A stretch of 64,000 bases of DNA, taken from Planctomycetota bacterium (GTDB lineage: Bacteria; Planctomycetota; UBA11346). Positions 50,301 to 61,666 of the stretch are shown here, piece after piece. Location: NCBI GenBank assembly GCA_038231435.1, contig JBBRLJ010000003.1:133407-197406 (forward strand), in the 5' to 3' direction. Position 1 is the stretch's first letter, and every line of letters begins with the position of its first letter. The position numbers were made by a program, and so were the translations under genes. A model generated the notes under the pieces. That model had not been told where the DNA came from. It did no database searches and saw only the letters and a program-made list of their open reading frames with translations.

Positions 50301-50403
50301 CGAGATGGAAGAAGGCGACGATCCCACCGGCAAGCAGCAGCACCGCGGCCGCGATCACCAGCCCCGAACGCGCAAGCAGTGTCCCCATCGCCCGGCCCGC
50401 CAT
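47308..50403 (-). CDS. czcA: CzcA/CusA heavy-metal RND efflux transporter
   Basis: IEAYPD, EEVERYVTIPLE, GAIDFGIIVD, GSEFLPKLEEG, QRPLARVIVGG. Confidence 0.92.
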   Translation of the reverse strand: MAGRAMGTLLARSGLVIAAAVLLLAGGIVAFFHLDIEAYPDPSPPMFDILAQYPGRSSEEVERYVTIPLETALAGLPGLRHVRSLSMYGLGDVNLQFAYSTDPHRDEQLVRNELAQLQLPDGVQPDISPESTVGEVYRYQLVAPRGFDVGELRALQDWTLQKRFRAVPGVNDVATWGGPAREYHIDLDLPRIQGLGLSIPSIAEAVAKGNANVGGRTLEIGEQSIAVRGIGLARTVDDLGLIVLDQRGSSPVLLRDVATISIGGQERLGSTGRDDQDSIIQGIVLMRRGEATQAVVERIEKEVEHINASGVLPKGVNVVPFYDRKDLIETTVHTVLRNLVTGMVLVFIIQFLFLGEIRSALAVAAAIPFSLFFSVLGMWLTGDQANLLSIGAIDFGIIVDANVIMVENIVRNLRQRKAGDDRDRTIAMAMGEIAPSVIFATLIILAAYIPLFTMHGVEGRIFAPMARTYAFALAGALLGAFTLSPVVTRLLSGRRQSEGETRIVSGLRRAYAPSLAFSIAHPAVALLGALGVVVLAVFALRCIGSEFLPKLEEGNLWVRATLPASGSLAAGEGPVREMRKILGAFPEVETVVSQHGRPDDGTDPSGFYSVELFVALAPSDSWPKGIDKRRLVEEMSRSLESRFTGIDFNFTQVIQDQVEEAVSGVKGENSVKVFGPDLDVLESRSSELKRLLEGVRGVVDVGVFHELGQPNLVIEADRARCARVGVNTGDVDDVVETAIGGKEVTEMLDGERRYPVLVRLAPKYRSDIAAIAAIPVATPSEARVPLGDLASIRIDGGATFIHRESGERFIPVQFAVRGRDLGGAVTEAQALVQRELKLPRGYSLQWSGEFGELSEAEQRLAWIVPISLAAIGLLLYAALDSLRDSLVVAAAVPLAASGGVLSLFLTRTPFSISAAIGFISLFGVAVMAGILLVGRYRALERQGMAPREALSTAAHQRLRPVLMTCLSACLGLMPAAFSHGMGSETQRPLARVIVGGMVFGPPLILLAIPALLSVMDRRHRRVDVTATGPAS

Positions 50404-50406
50404 CGC

Positions 50407-51702
50407 CTAACGCTCCATCTGGCTGTCCAGGAACACCGCTCCCTCGACTACCACGCGGTCACCCGCCTCCAGGCCGTGCGCGACGGCCAGCATGCCATCC
50501 TGTTCTGTGCCCGTCTCGATGGTCTTGCGCGCGTAGGCATGGTCGCCCGTGGCGCACCATACCGCCGGCGCGGCACCACCCCTGATCACCGCCGTCGCGG
50601 GCACGGCCAGGGCCTCGGCGCCGTCGTTGCCGGACACCTGGACATCGGCGAACATGCCCGCCTTGAGCGCACCATCGGGATTGGGGATCTCGCAGCGGAT
50701 CGCCAGGCGGCGGGTCTCGGCATTGATGGCATCCCCGACCTGGGCGATGGTCGCGGTGAAGACGCGGCCAGGCAGGGCCGAGACACGGATCTCGGCGGAA
50801 AGGCCCACGCGCATCGCCGTGGATTCCGCTTCCGGCACGTCACCGATGAACCACATGGTCGATGAGTCGGCGACGGCGAGCAGCGGGGCCTCGGCATCCG
50901 TGCGCACCACTTGGCCGGTGCCGACCTTGCCGCGCGAGGTGACGATACCCGCGATCGGCGCGCGCAGGATGGCCAGGCGATCGATGCCGCGACCGTTTGC
51001 GATGGCCTGCAGGTCATCATCGCTCTTGCCGAACATCTTCAGGTGCTCGCGCGCCGCGCCCGAGGTGGCCTCGGCCGCGCGCAGCTCGTCGAGCGCCCCG
51101 GCGAGTTCGGCCTGGGCATCCTCGTAGTCCTTGAGCGCGCCGGCCTCGGCATCGACCAGGCGCTTCTGCCGATCGGCGGCGCGCTGCGCGTGCTCGGCCT
51201 GTGATTTCGCCTTCGCCAATGCCGGCAGCGCGTTCAGGAGATCGGATTCAGCCTGCAGCACGTCCGCGCTGTCGATCTCCGCGAGCGGCTGTCCCTGTTC
51301 CACCCGTTCGCCAGGCTTGACCAGGAAGCGCCGCAGCTGTCCTTCCTGCGGTGAGAACACCGGTGTCGACAACTCCTCCATGTACTCGATCCGCCCGCTC
51401 GCGAAGGCGCGGCTGGCGAACCGGCGGCGCTCGATCGGCTGCACGCGAAGATGGGCCTCCTGATCCACGTTCAGCGTGATGAGTTCCGCCGTCCCGGCTC
51501 CCGTCGACTGGGGTTCCGGCTGGGAACTGGCCGAATGGTGCCGGACGTGGCCCAGGCCGAACAGGGCCGATGCCGCCAATGCCAAGGCCGCGACCACCAC
51601 GATGAACCAGCCGATGAGGGAGCGCCTGGGTCCTTCCGGCTCGCCGACCCGCAGTTCCGCGCCAGATGAAGCCGGTGATGTTGGTGCCGATGGACCCGAC
51701 AT
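50407..51702 (-). CDS. czcB: CzcB-like RND periplasmic adaptor
   Basis: TM anchor, 'LRAPIAGIV', 'IPNPDGALKAGMFA', 'VPATAVI'. Confidence 0.88.
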   Translation of the reverse strand: MSGPSAPTSPASSGAELRVGEPEGPRRSLIGWFIVVVAALALAASALFGLGHVRHHSASSQPEPQSTGAGTAELITLNVDQEAHLRVQPIERRRFASRAFASGRIEYMEELSTPVFSPQEGQLRRFLVKPGERVEQGQPLAEIDSADVLQAESDLLNALPALAKAKSQAEHAQRAADRQKRLVDAEAGALKDYEDAQAELAGALDELRAAEATSGAAREHLKMFGKSDDDLQAIANGRGIDRLAILRAPIAGIVTSRGKVGTGQVVRTDAEAPLLAVADSSTMWFIGDVPEAESTAMRVGLSAEIRVSALPGRVFTATIAQVGDAINAETRRLAIRCEIPNPDGALKAGMFADVQVSGNDGAEALAVPATAVIRGGAAPAVWCATGDHAYARKTIETGTEQDGMLAVAHGLEAGDRVVVEGAVFLDSQMER

Positions 51703-51822
51703 GATGCCGATTCTTCGAATACCGTGGTTCCCTGTCGAGGCCGCTTTGTCCGGGCTTGGACGAGGACCCATCGAAAGTCTGCTATCCCCGGGGGGGTACA
51801 GGCCTGCGGATGCGAACGGAGG

Positions 51823-51850
51823 CGCCCCGGAGCCTGAAGGCTCCGGGGCG
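51823..51850 (-). terminator. 12-bp perfect hairpin downstream of the prenyltransferase-repeat gene
   Basis: cgccccggagcc-tgaa-ggctccggggcg, about 30 nt after the stop; no clear U-tract. Confidence 0.55.
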
Positions 51851-51879
51851 TCGCATGTCTCGCATTCCCAAGTCGTGGA

Positions 51880-53505
51880 TCAGTGTCCTTCGTTCACATG
51901 CCCGTAGACGTAGTACACCTCGAGGCTCAGGCAGCAGTAGGCCGTCGAGAGGATGCGGCCGACGTCGCTGCCGTGGAACTTGGTGTCCTTGAAGTCCCAG
52001 CTGCCATCGAAGCAGCCATCGCCCTGCCGCTGCGCATGCACGAGCATGTCGCGCACCGTGCCGTTCCACTTCTTCCACTTCTCGCCGCCGACCTGGAAAA
52101 CGCCGAGGGTGTTGTAGTAGAGCTTGTAGGTGTTGCAGGGATACGCGGTGGGCATCTCATGGTTGGTGACGTAGTTGGCGAGGGTCTCGAGCATCGGGTC
52201 GCCGGCGCGCTTGCCGAGGAACACCGCGCACATGGTGCCGACGCAGGCGAGATCGTGCATCTCCGCCGAGGGCGCGGTGGCGTTGGCCGGAGCGGGCGCG
52301 ATGTCGATCTTCTCGCTGTCGCTCATATAGGTATAGGGGAAGCGCGACTCGTCCTTGTAGGGATCGAGCTTCTTCCAATCCGGGTTGGTGGCCTTCCACA
52401 CCGTGTCGAGCCACTGCTTGGAACCTTCGAGACCCTTGCCGATGTTCAAGCCCGAGGCCAGCGCGCTCTTGAGCGCCATCACGTTCCAACCGGTCACCGA
52501 CGAGTCGTTGCGCGCGCCGGGCGCGACGTAATCCCAGCCGAGGCCCGAGTAGGCCTTGTCGTTCCCGTTGCCCTGATTCTGGCGCGCGAGGATGACATTG
52601 ACGGCCTTCTGCGACGGCTCCCTGAGCGCGGGGTCATTGGTCATGCCGTAGGCCTCGATCAGAGCCTTGGCGGCGATGGCATGCTCGTAGTTGCGGTCGC
52701 CGAGCAGCCCCTCGGCGGTCTGCACCGAGACCAGGTAGTCGATGCCCTTCTTCACCGTGGCGCGGTAGACGCTCGCGGTCTGGTGGTCGTACCCCGAAGC
52801 CAGGAAGCACATGATGGCGTAGCCGGTCATGGCGACATTGACGTTGCCGCCGACGGCATCATTGCCCGGCTCGCACTTGGGATTCTCGCTGCAGTTGGCG
52901 GTGTACTTGGCCGCGTCCCACATGCCATTGGCGCTCTGGTGACGTTTGAACCAGCGCAGGGCGCTGCCGACGGCAGCCTCGCTGGAACCGGTTCCGCCGC
53001 CCTTGGAGACCGCCCTATGGTGCCCACCAGGTCCGCGCTGGGACCAGATGCCGGGCGACGTCGCGCCAGGTCCGATCACGGCCATGAAGGCTCGGGCGTC
53101 AGAATATTCCTGGACCGCGACGTTGTCGGGATTGCCTTTGACATCCTCTGTAGGCACGTCGTTGTCGGTCTGTGGCTTTTCCTCGAGGGGAATCTCGAGC
53201 GGCGGAAGCGGCGAGACGACATCCGACACCACGTCGAGCTTGAGTTCGACCTTCTCTTCAAGCTCGCGCTTCTCCTTCACGACTTTGACTTCGGGAGTGA
53301 ATTTTGGAACCGTGACCACGGGAGTGGGATCAGTCGGCGGTTCGACAATCAGCCAGTACACGGTGCCCATGATCGCGATCAGCGCGGCATGGAAGCTGGC
53401 GCTGATCAGCCAGCCGACCCAGCCGCGGCGCGGCCGATCACCGTCGGTGGGCTGCTCCTCGATGATGATGTCGGCTTCCGGAAAAGTGTCGGCGTCGTGT
53501 GCCAT
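51880..53505 (-). CDS. prenyltransferase/squalene-oxidase repeat (terpene cyclase-like barrel) membrane protein
   Basis: 'WLISASFHAAL' anchor; QW-like repeats 'ALRWFKRHQSANGMW', 'GWDY...DSSVTGW', 'AQ...DGSW'. Confidence 0.88.
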   Translation of the reverse strand: MAHDADTFPEADIIIEEQPTDGDRPRRGWVGWLISASFHAALIAIMGTVYWLIVEPPTDPTPVVTVPKFTPEVKVVKEKRELEEKVELKLDVVSDVVSPLPPLEIPLEEKPQTDNDVPTEDVKGNPDNVAVQEYSDARAFMAVIGPGATSPGIWSQRGPGGHHRAVSKGGGTGSSEAAVGSALRWFKRHQSANGMWDAAKYTANCSENPKCEPGNDAVGGNVNVAMTGYAIMCFLASGYDHQTASVYRATVKKGIDYLVSVQTAEGLLGDRNYEHAIAAKALIEAYGMTNDPALREPSQKAVNVILARQNQGNGNDKAYSGLGWDYVAPGARNDSSVTGWNVMALKSALASGLNIGKGLEGSKQWLDTVWKATNPDWKKLDPYKDESRFPYTYMSDSEKIDIAPAPANATAPSAEMHDLACVGTMCAVFLGKRAGDPMLETLANYVTNHEMPTAYPCNTYKLYYNTLGVFQVGGEKWKKWNGTVRDMLVHAQRQGDGCFDGSWDFKDTKFHGSDVGRILSTAYCCLSLEVYYVYGHVNEGH

Positions 53506-53724
53506 GATGTTCATCCCCTGTGCTGGGATGAACGCCGGTGCGCAGCGCGGGTTCATATTTGGGAGAGCGGAGAATCGCGCGAAAGCTCGGAAAAAACCGT
53601 TGTTCCGGTGGCGCTTCAGGGATCAACGCGGGCCGTGGGGGAAGGTTCACGCGGACCGTGTCCGGCGCCGTGGCACGACACGAATGGCACGATTTCCAAG
53701 CCTCGGCCGCATCGATTGGCGCGC

Positions 53725-54513
53725 CTATTTCTCGCTGGTGCCGCTCTTGACGCGGGTGCGCCTGCGGGTGGTGGGCTCGAAGCGCAATTCTGCGACATAG
53801 GCGGCGTGGTCGGAGAGGTCGCGCCAGGGCTGATCGCTCAGGCAGGTCGCGGAAACCGGCACCAGACCACGGCAGTACATGCGGTCGAGGGCCAGGAACG
53901 GCCACCACACCGGGAACGAGCGCGCGTGGAATCCGTGCACGTATTTATGGATCTCGACCAGGTCGAGTTCGTCCTCGAGGATGCGCCCGGCGCGCTCCTT
54001 CCAGTCGTTGAAGTCGCCAGCGACGATCAGCGGGGCGTCGTGAGGCACCGCCTCTTCGATGCGTTGGCTCAGGCGCGCGACCTGGCGCTCGCGGCCGCCC
54101 TCGAAGAGATCGAGGTGCAGGCAGATGACGTGCAGGTCCCGGTTGCACTCGGGCGTGTGGACGACGGCGTGCAGCATGCCGCGCCGCTCGAAGCGGTTGT
54201 TCGAGACGTCGATGTTCTCCCACATCACGATGTCGTTCTTGCTCAGCACCGCATTGCCGTGGTGGCCGTGGTCGTAGACCGCGTTCTTGCCGTAGGCATG
54301 GTGCGGCCAGAGCTTATCGGCGATGAATTCGAACTGCGACGCCGCCGGCCAGTCGTGCACGGTGCGCGCGTGGCCGGCATGACTGCCCTGGACTTCTTGG
54401 AGCAGCACCAGGTCGGCGTCCACCAGGCGCAGGTTTTCGCGGATGTGCTTGAGCACGAATTTCGCGTTCCCGAAGCTGAAGCCCTTGTGGATGTTGTACG
54501 AGATCACGCGCAT
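53725..54513 (-). CDS. ybhP: EEP-family endonuclease/exonuclease/phosphatase (YbhP-like)
   Basis: SYNIHKG, LQEV, GNAVLS, AGDFNDW, LDRMY, LSDHA; adjacent to clsB. Confidence 0.9.
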   Translation of the reverse strand: MRVISYNIHKGFSFGNAKFVLKHIRENLRLVDADLVLLQEVQGSHAGHARTVHDWPAASQFEFIADKLWPHHAYGKNAVYDHGHHGNAVLSKNDIVMWENIDVSNNRFERRGMLHAVVHTPECNRDLHVICLHLDLFEGGRERQVARLSQRIEEAVPHDAPLIVAGDFNDWKERAGRILEDELDLVEIHKYVHGFHARSFPVWWPFLALDRMYCRGLVPVSATCLSDQPWRDLSDHAAYVAELRFEPTTRRRTRVKSGTSEK

Positions 54514-54515
54514 GG

Positions 54516-55796
54516 TCAGACCCAATGCTTGATGATCATGCCGATCCGTCCGAGGAAACGCTGCCACCTGGGACGGCTCTTCCAATCCTCGGTGGCGTAT
54601 ACTCGCGATTTGCCCAGGTCGTCGAGGAAGGCGTTCTGCAGCGCCTCGCGTGAATCGGACCGGGTCAGCACCACGTCGGCCTCGAGGTCGTGGAACATGC
54701 TGCGGCTGTTGAGATTCGTCGATCCGACCGAGGCCCAATCGTCGATGAGCAGGGTCTTGGCGTGGATCATCGAGGGCTGGTACTCGTATACCCTGATCCC
54801 CGAACGCGCGAGCTGTGCATAGAACGCCCAGCCGATCCACGGCATGAACCACACGTCCGAGCGCATCGGCACCAGCACGCGCACGTCGGCGCCGGCGACC
54901 GCCGCCAAGGCCAGCGCGTACATCAGCTCGCGATCCGGCACGAAATAGGCTGAGGTGATCCAGACCCTGCTGCGCGCACTGCCGATGCGGTCGAAAAGCT
55001 CGCGCCGCCAGCGCCGTCGCAGGCGCATGCCGTTGTTCAGCCGCACCAGGTGTCCGGCGGGGATGCGGATGCGCCTGGATGCCATCGCGAAGATCGGACG
55101 CACGTGCGTCTCGGTCAGGCGCCAGGACAGGCGCCAGGCGCGGTCGAGCGCGCGCTCGAGCGTACGCACGCCCACGCCTTCGACCCGCGCGCCGGTATCG
55201 CGCCAGGTCTGGTCGCCCGAGAGCGAGCGCAGGTGGCGACGGTCGACGTTGAAGCTGCCGACCCACGCCGAATGGCGGTCGACGAGGCATACCTTGCGGT
55301 GGTTGCGGCGGTTGATGCGCCGGAACAGCCCGAGGCACCGGCGCAACACCGCCAGGCCGGGCCAACCGGCCGGCAGGATCGCCCACGGCGGCGGATGGTA
55401 GACACGGATGATCACGCCCGAGCGCGCGAGTTCATGCGCGCGCGTGCGCACCCAGTGCATCGAGCCGACGCCGTCGACCAGCAGCCGGACGGTCACACCG
55501 CGCTGGGCCGCGGCGGCGAGCGCGGCCGCTACCCGCTTGCCGATCTCGTCGTCCTCGAAGATGTAGACCTCGAACGACACCCATCTGCGCGCGCCAGCGA
55601 TCTCGGCGAGCATGGCATCGAACCAGGCATCGCCGTCGACGAAGAGCCGCTCCGAATCCCAGGCGACGGCGGTCTCGCGGTCCGGCTTGCGGCGCTTGAA
55701 CATCGACGGCACCAGCGACAGCACCCGGCCGCTCGCGGTGAGCGCGGCTCGGACCTGAGATACCCGACGTGGCCACATGTCAGCCATCTTCGACAC
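54516..55796 (-). CDS. clsB: cardiolipin synthase B-like phospholipase D
   Basis: Two HKD motifs (NHRKVCLVD, IHAKTLLID), WRDTG, SAYFVP. Start uncertain (55796, 55787 or 55703). Confidence 0.88.
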   Translation of the reverse strand: MSKMADMWPRRVSQVRAALTASGRVLSLVPSMFKRRKPDRETAVAWDSERLFVDGDAWFDAMLAEIAGARRWVSFEVYIFEDDEIGKRVAAALAAAAQRGVTVRLLVDGVGSMHWVRTRAHELARSGVIIRVYHPPPWAILPAGWPGLAVLRRCLGLFRRINRRNHRKVCLVDRHSAWVGSFNVDRRHLRSLSGDQTWRDTGARVEGVGVRTLERALDRAWRLSWRLTETHVRPIFAMASRRIRIPAGHLVRLNNGMRLRRRWRRELFDRIGSARSRVWITSAYFVPDRELMYALALAAVAGADVRVLVPMRSDVWFMPWIGWAFYAQLARSGIRVYEYQPSMIHAKTLLIDDWASVGSTNLNSRSMFHDLEADVVLTRSDSREALQNAFLDDLGKSRVYATEDWKSRPRWQRFLGRIGMIIKHWV

Positions 55797-56058
55797 CACC
55801 GCTCCTTCATCCACCGACCCGGTCAGCCGGGCACCGCGGTTGCCGCGGATGCTGGAGGCTGCAACCCTCAGAATGCGTACTCCTACCAGGATTTCTACCG
55901 CCCAATCGCAAGCCTTCGCAACCCTGGCTGACAGTCCAGTACGCTGCCTAGACGACGGACGGTCGGATCCGGTGGTTGCAGACTGCTCCCGTGGCTCCTG
56001 TCTGTCGAGTGTTGCCCACGAATGCCCGGAAGCAGCATCCCTACGGGCGGGAACCACC

Positions 56059-57018
56059 ATGCGCATCAGCAGCCTCGACAGTTTCACCGCCGACCAAGGC
56101 GACGACCGCGCCTGGGAATCGCTGCGCCGCCTGGGCGAGGTCTCAGCCCATGCGCGCAGCCGGAGCGACGAGGTCGTGGCGCGATGCGCCGGAGCCCACG
56201 CCGTCCTGACCAACAAGGTGGCGATCGGCGCCGAGGTGATGGCCGCGTTGCCGGAGCTGCGCTACATCGGCGTCATGGCGACCGGCACCAACATCGTCGA
56301 CCTGAAGGCCGCGGCCGAGCGCTCGATCGTTGTCACCAACGTGCCGGGGTATTCGACCGAGTCGGTCGCCCAATTGGTCTTCGCGCTGGCCCTGCACCTG
56401 CTCATGGACGTCGCCGGCCACGACGCCGCCGCGAAGGCAGGGCGCTGGTCGGCGGGCCCAGACTTCTGCTTCTTCCTCAAACCGCTCGTCGAGCTGTCGG
56501 GCAAGACGCTGGTGGTGGTGGGCATGGGCGCCATCGGTTCGGCGGTCGGACGGATCGGATCGGCGTTCGGCATGCGCGTGGTTTCGGCTCAGGTGCCGGG
56601 ATCCTCGAGCGCAAACCGCATGCCGTTGGACGAGGCGCTGGCGCTCGCCGACATCGTCACCTTGCATTGCCCGCTGACCCCCGCGACCAAGGGCCTGGTC
56701 GGGGCGACGTTCCTCGCCGCGTTGAAGCCGGGTGCCATCGTCATCAATACCGGCCGTGGGCCGTTGGTCGATGAGGATGCGCTCGCCGACGCGCTCGCGA
56801 GCGGGCGGCTCGGCGGCGCCGGTCTCGACGTGCTGGCGCAGGAACCGCCGGCGAGTGGCCATCGGCTGCTCGATGGCAGAGCGCCCGGCGCGGGACGCCT
56901 GGTGGTGACCCCGCACATCGGCTGGGGCACGGTCGAGGCCCGACAGCGCTTGACTGCCCAGGTCGCGGCGAACCTCGCCGCCTTCGGCGCTGGACAACCG
57001 ATCAATCGCGTCGCTTGA
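56059..57018 (+). CDS. D-2-hydroxyacid dehydrogenase (glycerate dehydrogenase-like)
   Basis: VLTNK, ATGTN, GMGAIG, LHCPLT, INTGRG, TPHIGW. Confidence 0.93.
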   Translation: MRISSLDSFTADQGDDRAWESLRRLGEVSAHARSRSDEVVARCAGAHAVLTNKVAIGAEVMAALPELRYIGVMATGTNIVDLKAAAERSIVVTNVPGYSTESVAQLVFALALHLLMDVAGHDAAAKAGRWSAGPDFCFFLKPLVELSGKTLVVVGMGAIGSAVGRIGSAFGMRVVSAQVPGSSSANRMPLDEALALADIVTLHCPLTPATKGLVGATFLAALKPGAIVINTGRGPLVDEDALADALASGRLGGAGLDVLAQEPPASGHRLLDGRAPGAGRLVVTPHIGWGTVEARQRLTAQVAANLAAFGAGQPINRVA

Positions 57019-57326
57019 CGGAGTACATCCGTCATCCGGGGTCCGTCGTCGGTCACCAGATTTCAGACCGGGCTCGGATGGTGTTTTCCCGTGCACTCCG
57101 GCTGTCGTCGACGGGCAACCGACTGCCCCCATCCCACCCTCGTCAGGGCGCCGGCTCGGACTTCCGGATGGTTAACCAGGCTTGAAGCGCGAGCAAAATA
57201 GTTACAAGCCAAGTATTAATAGGTAGATGCGACGTGGATACGGATGGGGTTTCATGCTTGGCATACCAGCGTGCAATATTTACAGTGCCCCAGAAAGCCG
57301 CTTCTCGTCACGTCCCCAGGAAATTC

Positions 57327-58571
57327 ATGCGCAACAAGATCCTCGCATTCGTGATGGCCGGCGGAAAAGGCACCCGCCTTGAGCCGCTCACCCACGATCG
57401 TTCGAAACCTGCCGTGCCGTTCGGAGGCAAGTATCGGATCATCGATTTCGTGCTCTCGAACCTGATCAACTCGGGGATCTACAGCATCTACGTGCTGACC
57501 CAATTCAAGAGCCAGAGCCTCAGCCAGCATCTCGAGATCACCTGGAACTTCGGCTCGATGCTGCCGGGGCACTTCATCATCCCGGTGCCGGCGCAGCAGC
57601 GCACCGGCGAGCACTGGTACCAGGGGACGGCCGACGCCATCTACCAGAACCTCAACCTCATCCAGGATCAGCAGCCCGAGATCGTGGCGGTGTTCGGCGG
57701 CGACCACATCTTCAAGATGAACGTCGAGGATCTGATCGCCTTCCATCTCGAGGTCGCCGACGCGACGGTCGCGGCGATCCCGGTGCCGATCAAGGAGGCG
57801 CACCAGTTCGGCGTGATCCAGGTCGACGCTGATTGGCGCATCACCGGCTTCCAGGAGAAGCCCAAGAACCCGACCCCGATCCCCGACCGGCCGGACATGG
57901 CCCTGGTATCGATGGGCAATTACCTCTTCAAGCAGGGCGTGCTCATCGACGCGCTCAAGGCGGATGCCGCGGATCCGGCGTCCTCGCATGATTTCGGCAA
58001 GAATGTGCTGCCCGCGCTGCTCGCCCAGGGCAAGCGCCTCTACGCGTACGACTACAACCGCAACCGCATCCCGGGCAGCACCAACCACTTCAACGACGGT
58101 TACTGGCGCGACGTGGGGACCCTCGAATCGTACTACGAGGCCTCGATGGATCTCAGGGCGATCTCGCCCCAACTCGATCTCTACAACCAGGAATGGCCGA
58201 TCCGCTCCGAGCCGAACAACTTCCCGCCGGCGAAGTTCGTTCACAACGCCGAGGGTCGCGTGGGCCAGGCCATCCAGTCGATCGTGTGCGAAGGCACCAT
58301 CGTCTCGGGCTCGACGGTCATCGATTCGGTCATCGGTCGCCGTTGCCGCATCAACAGCTATTCCGAGGTGCATAGCTGCGTGCTCATGGACGACGTCGAG
58401 ATCGGCCGTGGTGCGCGCGTCCGCAACTGCATCATCGACAAGCATGTGCGGATTCCGCACAACGACGTGATCGGCTACAACCGCGACGACGACGCCAAGC
58501 GCTTCCACGTCTCGGAATCAGGCATCGTGGTGATCGCCAAGCACCAGCCCATCCAGCTGATGAAGCGCTGA
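57327..58571 (+). CDS. glgC: glucose-1-phosphate adenylyltransferase
   Basis: AGGKGTRL, RSKPAVPFGGKYRIIDF, GTADA, GDHI, EKP, SMGNY, DFGK, YWRDVGT. Confidence 0.98.
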   Translation: MRNKILAFVMAGGKGTRLEPLTHDRSKPAVPFGGKYRIIDFVLSNLINSGIYSIYVLTQFKSQSLSQHLEITWNFGSMLPGHFIIPVPAQQRTGEHWYQGTADAIYQNLNLIQDQQPEIVAVFGGDHIFKMNVEDLIAFHLEVADATVAAIPVPIKEAHQFGVIQVDADWRITGFQEKPKNPTPIPDRPDMALVSMGNYLFKQGVLIDALKADAADPASSHDFGKNVLPALLAQGKRLYAYDYNRNRIPGSTNHFNDGYWRDVGTLESYYEASMDLRAISPQLDLYNQEWPIRSEPNNFPPAKFVHNAEGRVGQAIQSIVCEGTIVSGSTVIDSVIGRRCRINSYSEVHSCVLMDDVEIGRGARVRNCIIDKHVRIPHNDVIGYNRDDDAKRFHVSESGIVVIAKHQPIQLMKR

Positions 58572-58608
58572 AGCCACCCGGACTCCCAGGAACACCGATA
58601 CCCCTCCC

Positions 58609-59115
58609 ATGCTCCGCGCCCCGACACTCGTGAACGACCTGCCAGAAGGCCGGCTGCCCACCGACTGGCTCCGCCAGGACGGGGTGATCGTGCACTCGTT
58701 GACGGCCCACGCCTTGTGCTCCATGGAGCGGCACAAATGGCTCGAAAGCGAGAAGGCCGGACGCGATCTCGGCGATTGCGCCCTGACCGATTGGATCGAG
58801 CGCTATTGGAAGGGCTTTACCCGCGCCAAGTTAGTGGAGCATTTCTACGGATGGCGGTGCTGGGGGGCCTTCGACGAGAACGATTTCGGGCTGCTCATCA
58901 GGCAGTCGGTTGAATACCACGTCAACAATTCCGTTCTCGAAAAGATCACCACCATCCTTGCGGAAGGTGGCGAGAATCTGGATGTCATCAATTGGGCCTT
59001 GTCGGTACGAGAAGGACTGGACCCGATCTTATGGCTTCTGGACCGCATCGACATCAACGCGAAGCGCCATCGCCTGCTCTCAGATCACATCCGCTTGTTC
59101 GTCGAAAGGGCCTGA
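58609..59115 (+). CDS. hypothetical protein within the glycogen cluster
   Basis: 'ERHKWLESEKAGRDLG..ALTDW'; 1 nt gap to the next gene. Confidence 0.75.
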   Translation: MLRAPTLVNDLPEGRLPTDWLRQDGVIVHSLTAHALCSMERHKWLESEKAGRDLGDCALTDWIERYWKGFTRAKLVEHFYGWRCWGAFDENDFGLLIRQSVEYHVNNSVLEKITTILAEGGENLDVINWALSVREGLDPILWLLDRIDINAKRHRLLSDHIRLFVERA

Positions 59116-59116
59116 C

Positions 59117-59941
59117 ATGACACCAGAGCAACTGATGGGGCTCAGCCTCAAGGAATTGAAGACACTCGCCGGCGAGAAGGGCGTGTCCAAGGCCGCCAAG
59201 ATGCGCAAGGAGGAGCTCGTCCAGGCCCTGGTGACCCAGTCCCGCGGCCCGCATCCCGGCTCGCCCGGCTCCCGCGGACCCCTCGCCCCCCCAGCCGGTT
59301 CGTCATCGCTCTCGTCCTCGACCGTCAGCCAACAGCCCTCGCTGCCCGCGCAGAACCAGGGACCGAATCCCGGCCTGCCCATCCCCGACCAGTACGGCCG
59401 CGATCGGCTGGTGCTCATGGTCCAGGATCCCCAGCACGTCTTCGCCTACTGGGAAGTCACCCCCGACCGCCTCGAAGAGGTACGGCGTCAAGCGGGCGAT
59501 GCGGCCACCCCGGTGCTGGTGCTGATGACGGGCTCGGGCACCGAGCAGCGCGAGGTCGACCTGCGCGGCGGTAACTACTACCTCGCGGTCGCGCCGAACG
59601 CCACCTACCGCGCCCAGCTCGCCTTGCGCGACCGGGCCGGCAAGCTGCATGCCCTGGCGATGTCGAACCAGGTCACTACGCCGGCCGCGAGCATCTCGCC
59701 GCGCCAGGACGAGCAGTGGATGGCAGTGGACGAGACCTTCCATGAACTGTTGTCCATGGCCGGGCTCCCCGGGCAGGTGGCTACGCTGAACTCCACCGCG
59801 CGCTTCACCGACCAGCGCCTCGCCGCCTGGAGCTGGAAGGAGAGCGGCGTGAAACCGTTCTCCAGCGGCGGATTGTCGAGCCAGTCGCTCGGCAGCCATT
59901 CGCTGATCGCGCCGCCAGACCTCGAGTTGCTGCGGCGCTGA
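59117..59941 (+). CDS. DUF4912-domain protein with N-terminal Rho-N-like helix pair
   Basis: 'LKELKTLA...MRKEELV'; 'P..YGRDRLVLMVQDP..VFAYWEV'; 'SNQVTTP'. Confidence 0.85.
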   Translation: MTPEQLMGLSLKELKTLAGEKGVSKAAKMRKEELVQALVTQSRGPHPGSPGSRGPLAPPAGSSSLSSSTVSQQPSLPAQNQGPNPGLPIPDQYGRDRLVLMVQDPQHVFAYWEVTPDRLEEVRRQAGDAATPVLVLMTGSGTEQREVDLRGGNYYLAVAPNATYRAQLALRDRAGKLHALAMSNQVTTPAASISPRQDEQWMAVDETFHELLSMAGLPGQVATLNSTARFTDQRLAAWSWKESGVKPFSSGGLSSQSLGSHSLIAPPDLELLRR

Positions 59942-60088
59942 CCGATGCCTGACGATGCACTGATCACGAGGTAGCCGCAGCAGGCGACTTCCCCCAGGCG
60001 TGCCCACCTCATGATCCGCTACGTCCTTGATAGCCACCGAAAGCAGCACCTCTGATCCCTTGCCCGTCCCGCATCCGTCGGAGCGCCC

Positions 60089-61666
<1,578 letters not shown>

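Noticed and set aside
53671..53692. TGGCACGA direct repeat resembling a sigma-54 -24 box
   Set aside because: No correctly spaced -12 GC, and it is oriented away from the nearest gene start.
51883..54822. 979-aa plus-strand ORF
   Set aside because: Antisense shadow of three well-supported minus-strand genes, expected in high-GC DNA.
57258..57276. Sigma-54-like TGGCA...TGCA upstream of glgC
   Set aside because: GG-to-GC spacing is 11 nt rather than the required 10. A similar candidate upstream of tssB has 12.
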